DNA of 43,817 nucleotides from a virus (lineage: Duplodnaviria > Caudoviricetes): the IMG/VR virus record IMGVR_UViG_3300017721_001604, positions 1-43,817 of that record. One strand, written 5' to 3'. This document shows, piece by piece, positions 28,904-38,098 of the stretch; the stretch's first letter is position 1, and the number at the start of each line of letters is the position of its first letter. A model generated the notes under the pieces. The model made no database searches, was not told the origin of the DNA, and saw only the letters and a program-made list of their open reading frames with translations. A program made the position numbers and the translations under genes.

Positions 28904-29515
28904 CTAGTATGCTGCCTGAATGATTCCGGGGAAATCCATAGCCCCTCTTCTATTTCCTGTGTCAGCGGCGGCCTCAGCACCTGTCGCGTCAACTTGACGA
29001 TTAGGTATCTCTCTTGCGCCATGAAGACCTTGGGTTTCTGCAACGGGAAGTCCGTTTCTAGTTGTCGAAATGAATTCGCAATCCAACTGTGCTTGCTCTT
29101 GTACGGTATAGTCATTAGCAGAGTAAGTTTTTGATATGGATTTAAACCAGCAATTATGCAATATTGTTACAACTTGTTCTTCTTGAGAGTCTCCAAAAAA
29201 CTTGTCAACAATCATAATGTCAAAAGGTATTCTTTGAGCCGAAATGTTAACCCAGCTTCTTGACAAAGACTCTGGCATGCTTAGGCCGTCAAAAATCATT
29301 CTTGTGCAACTTACAGAATAAGTTGTTGCTCCGGATGGCACAATTTCAATTATACCATCTGTACCAACTTCTTGAATTGATTTTGTCGGCCTATTTTGGC
29401 TTATTGCAAGAGACTGAACTGCGCCAACAGGTTCTCCATTTACAAGTATAACAACTTGAGTACTTAAACTGGTTCTTGTTTTGCTATCTAGTATCGAGCC
29501 TGTGTTTACTGGCAT
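28904..29515 (-). CDS. Tail tube protein, 203 aa
   Basis: ILVNGEPVGAVQSL..IQEVGTDGIIEIVP..FDIMIVD..LHNCWFKSISKTYSANDYTVQEQAQL. Follows the sheath, with an AAGGAG RBS. Confidence 0.88.
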   Translation of the reverse strand: MPVNTGSILDSKTRTSLSTQVVILVNGEPVGAVQSLAISQNRPTKSIQEVGTDGIIEIVPSGATTYSVSCTRMIFDGLSMPESLSRSWVNISAQRIPFDIMIVDKFFGDSQEEQVVTILHNCWFKSISKTYSANDYTVQEQAQLDCEFISTTRNGLPVAETQGLHGAREIPNRQVDATGAEAAADTGNRRGAMDFPGIIQAAY

Positions 29516-29532
29516 TTTTATCTCCTTAAGTT

Positions 29533-32500
29533 TTAGCTAATTCCAACTTCAATATCAATGAATACGTAATTTATTGGGAATGTTGGAACAAATCTGAAAT
29601 ATACATTTATTTGTCTTGGATCAACCTTGTCTCTTTCTATAGAAACATTAGCAAAAGTTTCTATTAAGCCTTGATTAATAAGTGAATTAAGAATTGTCAC
29701 AACTCTTCCTTGGATTACAGAATTTGTAGACGAGTCTTGAACCGTTCCAATATATCCCAGAAGACTTTGTCTCATAATTTCTTTAACTCTGTCTCTGATG
29801 AAGATTATAGACACTTCTTCATCTTCTATAAATCCAGAATTGGATGTAGTTCTTGCCGCGAGAGTTCTTCCGCCTCCTGCTATTGGCTCAACTACGGTTG
29901 CTCCAACTGAACCCAACTGATTCAAAATAACCTGACTATAAGTTCTATCTCTTAAAATATTAAAACCTGTTAAGGTTTTGTTCGTAAGAGGTATTGCAAC
30001 ATTAAACGTTCCCGCCAGTCTACCTGCTGCCGCAGCAGCCATGTAAAATCCATCAATAATAGTATTTGTTCCGTTTATGTTTCTTACAATCTGATCAGGG
30101 AACATGTACACACATCTCTTGGATGTAAAGTTTTCATTCAATTTAAAGTTTTGAAGGTCTTCAATGTTTTCCTGGAATACTTCTTCTGCGTCATCACCTT
30201 GAATTCCCTCAATAACACCAACATCTTCAATTGCAACTAGTTTGTTACCAATGAGAGCCTGATCTGTTACTCCGTTAATAGCTCCAACTATAGCAACTCT
30301 TTCTTTTCTATTTGCGATTGAAGACATAGTCTCACAATGAGTAACCGCCGCTTGAAAGATTGATGAAATTGTTTGAGTTGGAAGAGGAACAATTATTTGT
30401 GCAGAAAAAGCTTCTAACTTCTCAAAAGCTTCGAACCAATTTGTATCAAAGAAATCTGCATCATTTTGATCAATATATTTAATCTTAAGTCCATCTCCAT
30501 TTTGCAACGTTCCAGATGTAAATAAAGTTTTATTTAATAAAAGAGCTGCAGATGTATCTGAAGTTTCAGTTGTATCAATAACCGTGAATCTAATGTCAGA
30601 TGCCGTAACTGCAGTTGAGAAAACTCCGCTTAAAATAACGGTGGCATCGTTAACAACACTATCAATTGTCACTGTAGAATATTTTACGTTTCCTACAGTT
30701 TCTTCAAATATGGTGTTTGACCCGGTATCTAAATAAGTATTTATTTCCGCAACGGTATCGGATATGGTGGTTCCATCAGAATGGGTTATAGACTTTATTA
30801 AAATCTGCTTACCAACATGCTCTGAATTGAAGTTAAACTCTTGAGTTGTAAATGTCGCAGACCCAGAGTCTTCAGCTATGGCTCCATCATCACCTGAACC
30901 AAACTCTTTCTGATCGGTTGCACATACTGTGTATGAGAAAGCATATTGTGAAGAGCTGTCTGCAAAGGTTTGCTTTCCAGTAGAGTCTGCTTGCTCAACA
31001 GAATAAAAGCTAGATTTGTTTGGAAAAATCTGGGTTTCCACTCCATTTCTAATCTTTACAAGAACTACAGATGTGTCGGAATCAGGCATTCCTTTTCTAT
31101 ATCCACCTTGAAGAACTTCAGATATTGGGAACGTTAAGTCGTTCGCCTCAACGGAAGCGGTATCGACCTGCAATCCGCCTTCTCCATTGGAATCTCTTTC
31201 TTCGATCAAAGTTTCTTCTGTTTTTCTAGGAACAGAAGGTTTGCACTGAGTTGCCAGAATAGCTGGTGCGCCATTTTCAAATGCAATCTGAGATCCTAAA
31301 GCAATTGTATTCTCTACGGTTGTTGTCCCGTGCTTTGTAAATAGATCAGCTGCCTCTACAAATAATTGAGGGTCATTTACATTAAGAGAAGGAATACATC
31401 TAGCCTCAAGAGCGTCATTCTTTTTTAAAGTTTTTGATGTTACTTTTATTGTAAATTTATCGCCAACAGAAAATGCTGAGGAGACTGATCCTGAAATTCC
31501 ATCTATACCAACTGTTAAAACCTCATTTGTCTCAACAAGAGAATATGTTAATCCAGTTTCGTCAGCAGCTATATTGGCGAATGCTGAATCTTCATTTCCA
31601 TATTCAGCTACTCTCAATACAGAGTGAGTCTGTCCAAAACCAGGCTGAGTGATTGATTTTACAGAATATCTCTTTTCAATTGTACCTGTAGTTAGTAATA
31701 CTTTATTTAAATCATTTGAGTCAAAAAGATCTACAGCAGAAGTATCTACATAGGCATTTGTTGCAACTAATTTAAAAGCATCTCCAACAATGCCCCACTG
31801 AGTATGAGTGAAATCTATCCCTACAGATGTTGATGAAAGGTCAAGGCTTTCATTACACGCATCAAGTGCGATTGTTCCATCTACATCTATAGATGTCTCT
31901 AATTCTAAAACAAGATAACCTTTATCATTATGATTTGCTATAGAAGCGTCCATCATGTCGTCTTGAACTTTTTTAATTATTTTTGTAATCTTGTGAAAAC
32001 CTGCTGTAGCCTGTCCTGCCGCTCCAGATGATGTTACTAAAAAGTCTCCAACCTGAACTCTATCGACAAATGAGTCATCATCATCTGTGCCAGTAGTCGA
32101 AATAAGAGTGGAGTCTAGAGGAATAGCAATATGTTTGAAAGATGTATCAGTAGTGGATGTTCCAAGAACCCAAGCACCTGCCTTGTCTGATGCTATGCCA
32201 TCAGCACCCTCTCTGTTAGTGCCATCCATCAGCTCATAACCTCCAGATGTTGCAAGGTCTGTATTTTTGTAAACACTACCTGCACTTCCTTCTTTAAAAG
32301 TATCAGAAAATAAATAAGCATTTCCATTTGAATCTTTTAACTGTCCAGATACAGAACCTGTTAGAGAAAACTTTGCTTTTCCCTTTATGTTCGCACCTAA
32401 AGAATCTTTGGTTACAGATACACATCTAAGAGTCCAAGTCTCCTCTGGTGTGTTTTCATCAAGGATTGCCAATTCTTCAAGCTCAGAAACTGATCCAGTT

Positions 32501-32946
32501 TGAACCTCTCCGTCACCAATATTTGAAGAATTTGCAGAGTATAAAGATCCGCTTTGATCTGCAAAACTAGCTGGCTGCAATCCTAATATTCCTTTTTCAA
32601 TATCCAACTGAGCCTGATACCCTTTTTCTACAGTATCAGAAGATCCAAAAGCTTTTTCAATAATTGCAAGCTCTTGACCATTTAAAAGAATTTTAGTTCT
32701 GCCGGCAACCAAAGGAGCGTTAGGAATTGTAAAAAATCTTCCATTCCTTGAAGCCCCACTTGGAGTTGCGTTTCCGTCTTGTCCACTTCCCTGTGCGCCT
32801 AAAACTAGCGTGAAAGTAGTTTCTCCAAATCCCATCAATGCTAAGGTTCTAAGACCACCAGGAACAGAAACACTTCGAGAGACAACTCTGTCTCTAGCAA
32901 ATGTGCCTGGTTGGACATAACCTGAAATACCTGGTATATTAGCCAT
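29533..32946 (-). CDS. Contractile tail sheath protein, enlarged to 1137 aa
   Basis: N-terminal YVQPGTF; C-terminal GFYMAAAAAG..PLTNKTL..EVSIIFIRDRV..PRQINVYFRFVPTFPINYVFI sheath core. GGAGG RBS. Confidence 0.92.
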   Translation of the reverse strand: MANIPGISGYVQPGTFARDRVVSRSVSVPGGLRTLALMGFGETTFTLVLGAQGSGQDGNATPSGASRNGRFFTIPNAPLVAGRTKILLNGQELAIIEKAFGSSDTVEKGYQAQLDIEKGILGLQPASFADQSGSLYSANSSNIGDGEVQTGSVSELEELAILDENTPEETWTLRCVSVTKDSLGANIKGKAKFSLTGSVSGQLKDSNGNAYLFSDTFKEGSAGSVYKNTDLATSGGYELMDGTNREGADGIASDKAGAWVLGTSTTDTSFKHIAIPLDSTLISTTGTDDDDSFVDRVQVGDFLVTSSGAAGQATAGFHKITKIIKKVQDDMMDASIANHNDKGYLVLELETSIDVDGTIALDACNESLDLSSTSVGIDFTHTQWGIVGDAFKLVATNAYVDTSAVDLFDSNDLNKVLLTTGTIEKRYSVKSITQPGFGQTHSVLRVAEYGNEDSAFANIAADETGLTYSLVETNEVLTVGIDGISGSVSSAFSVGDKFTIKVTSKTLKKNDALEARCIPSLNVNDPQLFVEAADLFTKHGTTTVENTIALGSQIAFENGAPAILATQCKPSVPRKTEETLIEERDSNGEGGLQVDTASVEANDLTFPISEVLQGGYRKGMPDSDTSVVLVKIRNGVETQIFPNKSSFYSVEQADSTGKQTFADSSSQYAFSYTVCATDQKEFGSGDDGAIAEDSGSATFTTQEFNFNSEHVGKQILIKSITHSDGTTISDTVAEINTYLDTGSNTIFEETVGNVKYSTVTIDSVVNDATVILSGVFSTAVTASDIRFTVIDTTETSDTSAALLLNKTLFTSGTLQNGDGLKIKYIDQNDADFFDTNWFEAFEKLEAFSAQIIVPLPTQTISSIFQAAVTHCETMSSIANRKERVAIVGAINGVTDQALIGNKLVAIEDVGVIEGIQGDDAEEVFQENIEDLQNFKLNENFTSKRCVYMFPDQIVRNINGTNTIIDGFYMAAAAAGRLAGTFNVAIPLTNKTLTGFNILRDRTYSQVILNQLGSVGATVVEPIAGGGRTLAARTTSNSGFIEDEEVSIIFIRDRVKEIMRQSLLGYIGTVQDSSTNSVIQGRVVTILNSLINQGLIETFANVSIERDKVDPRQINVYFRFVPTFPINYVFIDIEVGIS

Positions 32947-33006
32947 TAAAATCCTCCAAAATATTTATTTATTTTTAATATCATTTAAACTTTCCTTTAT
33001 TAGTAG

Positions 33007-33816
33007 TTATATTTTAGTCAAATCTATTATGTCGTCAAAATTCAAATTCACCTGATCAGCCTTTGTTTTTACAGGATAAGAAGGTGTTTTTGTTGACTCT
33101 ATATTTAATAAAACTTTTTCAACTAAATTTTGAAGAGGTATTTCAACCCTCCATTCAGACAGACACCCCAATGTTATCGAGTGACTATATATAAAATCAT
33201 TAATATACTGTTCTGCGTTTTCGCCGCTAACAGACATTGATTTTATTAAAAGACCGTTTGCTCTTAATTCTTGCCAGTCTGAGTACTGAAGCATTAGGGC
33301 AACCGCATCTGTTAGTTCAGAAACTTCTGTATGACTTCTAGCAAGAATTGTAACTTCCAAATTCAGGTCCCACATACCGGCGTACACTTTGTGAGTTGGA
33401 ATGCTTTTTTGTTTCTTGCCGCCAAACGCATCTTCTATCAAATCTGTTCTATACTTAATCGTTCCATTTTGATTAAAAGAAAGAGGCTTGTAACTTCCGC
33501 CGTTTGCCTTAATAACTATTGCGGGAAAGAATTTTACCTCATACCTGTAAGCTTCTGATATTAAAATTTTGGTAGAAAAATCTGTATCGTATGACTGACC
33601 GGTGTTATCTGGAGTTAGTGGAAATCCGTATTCGTCTTGTCTATAGGTATATTTTGAATCTTGAGCAAATCTATTTCTTAAGGAATCAATAACCAAATTC
33701 TTTGGATGCTTAATTAAATTATTTTGAACAACATAATTATCAAAATAATAAGATGATGTAACATAATGCTCTGAGTTAGCCCCAAGTCCAGGTAGCTCTT
33801 GATTCGTTATAGGCAT
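33007..33816 (-). CDS. Tail terminator / completion (neck) protein
   Basis: FFPAIVIK..WDLNLEVTILARSHTEVSELTDAV suggests a tail-terminator fold. Lies directly upstream of the sheath. Confidence 0.65.
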   Translation of the reverse strand: MPITNQELPGLGANSEHYVTSSYYFDNYVVQNNLIKHPKNLVIDSLRNRFAQDSKYTYRQDEYGFPLTPDNTGQSYDTDFSTKILISEAYRYEVKFFPAIVIKANGGSYKPLSFNQNGTIKYRTDLIEDAFGGKKQKSIPTHKVYAGMWDLNLEVTILARSHTEVSELTDAVALMLQYSDWQELRANGLLIKSMSVSGENAEQYINDFIYSHSITLGCLSEWRVEIPLQNLVEKVLLNIESTKTPSYPVKTKADQVNLNFDDIIDLTKI

Positions 33817-33819
33817 AAA

Positions 33820-34098
33820 TCATCCGTCTAAATTACTTAGTTCTTTGAAAACTTTCTCTTTAAAATCGCTTTTTGACAAATAAAGCTTTTTCTTTACTAA
33901 AACCTCTACAACAATTTCTGCATCTTCTTCATATAATGAGTTTTGATTACCAGAAACGATTTCAATTGTTGAATTATCCGAAACAATCGACATGGTTTCT
34001 TTAGAGTCTCCACCTATCCTTTCCGCTATCTTGGAAAGTTCTTTTAGGAAATTCTGATCTCTATTTTCTTTTTCTAAGTAAACCTTAACAGCAAGCAT
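33820..34098 (-). CDS. Hypothetical protein, 92 aa
   Basis: TAATG overlap with the upstream gene and a GAGG RBS. Fills the gap exactly. Confidence 0.6.
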   Translation of the reverse strand: MLAVKVYLEKENRDQNFLKELSKIAERIGGDSKETMSIVSDNSTIEIVSGNQNSLYEEDAEIVVEVLVKKKLYLSKSDFKEKVFKELSNLDG

Positions 34099-34613
34099 TA
34101 TCTAACCTCAAATTCTTTATCCTTATCACTTATTGTAATATCTTTACTTACAGGTTTAAATTTATGATGAATATACTTTACAATATATCTACCACTTGGT
34201 ATTCTAGCTTCCCAATATCCTTCTTTATCTGTAAGTATTTTTCTAACTTGTTTTCCATCCTTGTATAGCTCTATGTTGACTCCTCTAATTGGAAACATTG
34301 AACTGTTTTTTATATATCCATATAGTTTTACTTTTCCTAAAATTAATCCACTATTTTCTTGTACTGTAGAAGATGTGTAATTCTTTTGATTTAAAGAGTT
34401 ATCAGAGACAGCTTTAGGAGATCTTTCATATTCTTTATTTACAGGTTTATTAGATTCTTTATTTAATTTAGAAATTCTAGAGTTTAAAACATAAACTTTA
34501 TTTTCTAATTCACTGATTGTATCTTTCATTGAGCTAACATTTTCAGTCAGCTCTTTTACTTTGTCTAATGTTAAATATATTGCATCTATTGCGCTTATTT
34601 CTCTTTCTGACAT
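34098..34613 (-). CDS. Coiled-coil plus carboxypeptidase-regulatory-like (prealbumin-fold) domain protein
   Basis: N-terminal heptads; C-terminal LYGYIKN..PIRGVNIELY..TDKEGYWEARIPSGRYIVKYIH..F pattern. Confidence 0.65.
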   Translation of the reverse strand: MSEREISAIDAIYLTLDKVKELTENVSSMKDTISELENKVYVLNSRISKLNKESNKPVNKEYERSPKAVSDNSLNQKNYTSSTVQENSGLILGKVKLYGYIKNSSMFPIRGVNIELYKDGKQVRKILTDKEGYWEARIPSGRYIVKYIHHKFKPVSKDITISDKDKEFEVR

Positions 34614-34622
34614 AACTTAATC

Positions 34623-37600
34623 CTAACTTTCGTATACGTTGCCCGCTACTGACAGACCGCTTATATTGCCGGTAGTAATCATTGTAGGGCTATCATATTT
34701 GTCATTGAACTGAACAATATGATAATTAAAGGCAGATGTGCCTATAACTGGGGAGCTTCCTTTGAAGAAATTATTTGAAACAATTATTGACTCAACATCT
34801 ATCGGAGATGAAGATACTAATCCAACCTGTATGCAGCCATACTCGTTACCCATTTTTCTCAAATAATTATTTACAAACAAAAGACCACCGCAACTTCCAG
34901 AGGTCTCCATAGCTCCTCCTGAAGCAACGTTCTGAATGACAACAGGGAAGAAATAACCTCCAGACAGAGAAGACGAAAGATTTTCAAAATTACAGCCTTC
35001 TACCGTTAGGTTTGAAGTGCCAGAAGACCCTTCTGCCAAGATTGCTGCTGATATGAAATTCTTTGAACTTCTGAACTTTATATTTTCAAAAGTTACATTA
35101 GAATCACTCTCTACAAAAAACAAGCATGATGTAGACGAATCAATTCCAAAGTTTTGAGTTAGTGACGTCTGACCGGTTATGTTCGATGTTAACAAAGAAC
35201 TTTTTCCTACTGAGAAGATCTTGAGTCCGCCTTCAACAGTTATAGGTTCAGATATTTCAAAATCACCAGACAAGGCAAGTTCGAAGTCCTTTTGGTTAAA
35301 AAGTCTAATTTTTTTTATATAATTTAAAGCATTCTGTATATCATCAAAATGTCCATCTTGTATATTCTTAGCAACAATAATTCTATTTGAAACTTTTCTA
35401 TCGATTTGATTAATAAAAATTCTCAAATCAGAGAAAGAGGAACCATCGTAAACACCGATTATATTTTTATCAGACGTATCGAAAAGATTCGGAGGCTCAG
35501 CTTCAATAAAGTCCACATGACCATGCTTATCAAAAATAATCCAAAGAGGCTTAGAGGTAAGTCTCGTGTAACTGTAGCCTAAAGCTCCGAAAAACTCTTT
35601 CCTTGTTCCATTAACATAATGAACCCCAGAGGATATGTCAAAAGTTACATTACTTCCAGTTGTTGAGAAGTTAGAAAGAGCGCAACCCTTTATAAATCCT
35701 GACGATCTAAGTTCATGCCTTGGGCCTTCAATTATTTTTTCAAAAAATGTAGTTGAAATATTCTTTGCAGCAACAGTCCCAAAAGTCCTTTTGTCCAGTA
35801 TTTGAGGTATACCATATCCAGATCCATATCCCAAAACAAACCCAAGATTATAGGAATAAACACTTCTTGATAGAAGAAACTCATTCTGAGGTGTTTCCAA
35901 AAAGCCATAAAGATTTAAACTTACGGTCGATATTAAAGATGTTGAAAATCCAAAAACGAAAATATCAATAAAAGATAATCCATCTGATGAAAAAAGCCTA
36001 ACTGGTCCATCTCCAGTTAGCTGTTCTGTATTAGAAACTCCATATATATCAGTAAAGGTTAAAAGCTTAGATGTGCTTATCTCTATTCCAGAAGTTTCTC
36101 CATTTACAAGATACCCTTTTGAAACATTAGTTACTATTATATTAAATCCGACATTTGAATTTGATATATCATACTCAACTCTTTTCTTTGATATAACCTG
36201 ATTGCTCTCTAGTATTAAGTCTGTAAGAATAAAAATATTCAAACCAGATACAAACTCAGGAGACAAATCAGATAGATTAGTTCCAGACTTAATTATAAAG
36301 TATTGATTAGAAACACTAGATGACGTTGAAAAAGAGAATGAAGAATTATCAAAAGTTATACTAGAAGAGCTGACATCAAATATGCTAAAGAATCCAGTAT
36401 CGGCAGCTTCTGCTGTGTCTAAGAATATTAAATCACCTTTTTTTATTCCAAGTTCCAAAAAGTTTATGCTAGATCCAGATATAGTATTTGTTCCGATGTT
36501 TTGAACAATTTGAGATCCGGTCAACACAATTGTTTCTATAGGACTCTCTATAACCTCTCCATTATTCAAAACAGAGTTCCTTCCATATCCAACAATCTCT
36601 TTGTCTATATAAGTGGAAAAGCCAAGAACCGTAGATGCATCATCTGTAGATGTTTTTATTTTTAAAAATCTCTTTTTAGAATCTGCTGCAATATTTGGTA
36701 CACCATGAGACAAGCTTATTTCTGAAAAATTTTCTTGAACAATTTTTGATGCCAATATAGGTAAATTATTCTGAACACAGTAATTATTAATTTTAAAAAG
36801 AATAGATTCGATCGTTTGTTCCAATATAGAGTTATCAAATACATCTATTGTATAAGATCCGTTTTCATTCTCTATAGTTATATTTTTTGCAGACGAGTTT
36901 ACAAGATTTGGCATGCATCTTTTTGAGATAATAGTTGCGGCGTTCGGATGCTGACAAACTAAAGATGGTTCAAATGAAGAGCTAAAGCTTGATCTTGCAA
37001 GAGTTGAAAGGCCGGCGTTATTAAAGAACTTATAATTATTTTTTAGAACTCTAATAAAGAAAGATCCGTTATCATTCTTTCTCGGCGACCCATATATCGT
37101 AACGCTTGCTATGTTTGAAGAAGAGTCCGTTGATACAGATTTAATTTTAAAATACTCTATATAATTTAAAGATTCATTTGAAAGTTCTATAATGTCAAAC
37201 TCAACTATGTCTATTAAAACGTTTTGATTATTTTGATAAAATAATGTTGTAAACTGAGAATTATCAAGCGAATAGCTGCATATTGCAGAACTTACAGCTA
37301 TTTCGTAATCTTCAGATATATATGGATTTGATATTTTTCCAAACTTGAATATGCCATTAGAGTTAAGCAAGTCAAATTGATTTTTTAAAGACTCACCAAA
37401 ATCTCCTGAGACTTCTTTTATCGCATCTTGAACATTTGTCGAGGAAAGCACCAACCCGGTATTATTAAAATAAATTTGAGACGCAGTATGTGATCTGTTA
37501 GTCGCAGTTATGTTAGCAGTGTCTAGATTTATATGATTATCATATATGTCATCCAAAACATCTTGCAAACTTTTTTGAGTTAACTCTACTGTAGCAAATC

Positions 37601-38090
37601 CGGATGGCAAACTGTTTGTTTCTTCTACAAATACTTGATCTGCAGCATGCTGATTGATAGAGTCTGTGTTCAGATGAATACTTAATCTTAAAATAAAATC
37701 ATTTACAACTTTTATTATATTTTCTAAATCTTTTCTTACAGACGCAACTTGGCCATAAAGATTCTTTGTTGAGTAATCTAAGTTTATCTTAGACTCCTGA
37801 ATCTCTGCACCATCTGCGACATCTTCATTTTTAATTGGCCCCTGTAAAAGGTTCAGGGCAGATATTGCGGATTTTTTTATGTTTCCAAGCTCATCCAAAG
37901 AACTCGACAATCTAGTAGATACGTCAATTGACTCATCACCATTTGGAAGAATTCCTAAGGTTTTTTGAATCTGTATAATTGCAGATCTCAAAGAATTAAA
38001 AAGCTCTGCTGAAATCTGAGTTACGTTGTCTCTAACAATTGGCAGCTCTAAAGAAGAATCTATTTTATTTGGATACTTTGATTTTGACAT
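34623..38090 (-). CDS. Fibre/spike protein A (1155 aa) with C-terminal beta-helix-like domain
   Basis: SHTASQIYF..TNVQDAIKEV fibre motif; IIVAKNIQDGHFDDIQNAL..NVTFENIKF..NLTVEGCNFE..IIVSNNFF parallel beta-helix pattern. Paralog of the adjacent gene. Confidence 0.7.
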   Translation of the reverse strand: MSKSKYPNKIDSSLELPIVRDNVTQISAELFNSLRSAIIQIQKTLGILPNGDESIDVSTRLSSSLDELGNIKKSAISALNLLQGPIKNEDVADGAEIQESKINLDYSTKNLYGQVASVRKDLENIIKVVNDFILRLSIHLNTDSINQHAADQVFVEETNSLPSGFATVELTQKSLQDVLDDIYDNHINLDTANITATNRSHTASQIYFNNTGLVLSSTNVQDAIKEVSGDFGESLKNQFDLLNSNGIFKFGKISNPYISEDYEIAVSSAICSYSLDNSQFTTLFYQNNQNVLIDIVEFDIIELSNESLNYIEYFKIKSVSTDSSSNIASVTIYGSPRKNDNGSFFIRVLKNNYKFFNNAGLSTLARSSFSSSFEPSLVCQHPNAATIISKRCMPNLVNSSAKNITIENENGSYTIDVFDNSILEQTIESILFKINNYCVQNNLPILASKIVQENFSEISLSHGVPNIAADSKKRFLKIKTSTDDASTVLGFSTYIDKEIVGYGRNSVLNNGEVIESPIETIVLTGSQIVQNIGTNTISGSSINFLELGIKKGDLIFLDTAEAADTGFFSIFDVSSSSITFDNSSFSFSTSSSVSNQYFIIKSGTNLSDLSPEFVSGLNIFILTDLILESNQVISKKRVEYDISNSNVGFNIIVTNVSKGYLVNGETSGIEISTSKLLTFTDIYGVSNTEQLTGDGPVRLFSSDGLSFIDIFVFGFSTSLISTVSLNLYGFLETPQNEFLLSRSVYSYNLGFVLGYGSGYGIPQILDKRTFGTVAAKNISTTFFEKIIEGPRHELRSSGFIKGCALSNFSTTGSNVTFDISSGVHYVNGTRKEFFGALGYSYTRLTSKPLWIIFDKHGHVDFIEAEPPNLFDTSDKNIIGVYDGSSFSDLRIFINQIDRKVSNRIIVAKNIQDGHFDDIQNALNYIKKIRLFNQKDFELALSGDFEISEPITVEGGLKIFSVGKSSLLTSNITGQTSLTQNFGIDSSTSCLFFVESDSNVTFENIKFRSSKNFISAAILAEGSSGTSNLTVEGCNFENLSSSLSGGYFFPVVIQNVASGGAMETSGSCGGLLFVNNYLRKMGNEYGCIQVGLVSSSPIDVESIIVSNNFFKGSSPVIGTSAFNYHIVQFNDKYDSPTMITTGNISGLSVAGNVYES
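37749..38090 (-). repeat. Duplicated 5' region, copy in fibre A
   Basis: First 114 aa match fibre B at 90/114 positions by manual alignment. Shared DNA such as atcttcatttttaat(t/c)ggcccctgtaaaaggtt. Confidence 0.9.
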
Positions 38091-38098
38091 TTATTTTC

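Noticed and set aside
28849-29115. 88-aa minus-strand ORF overlapping the tube 3' end (also 10695..10895, 20238..20429, 41395..41604)
   Set aside because: Alternative frames inside real genes. This one runs through the terminator hairpin.
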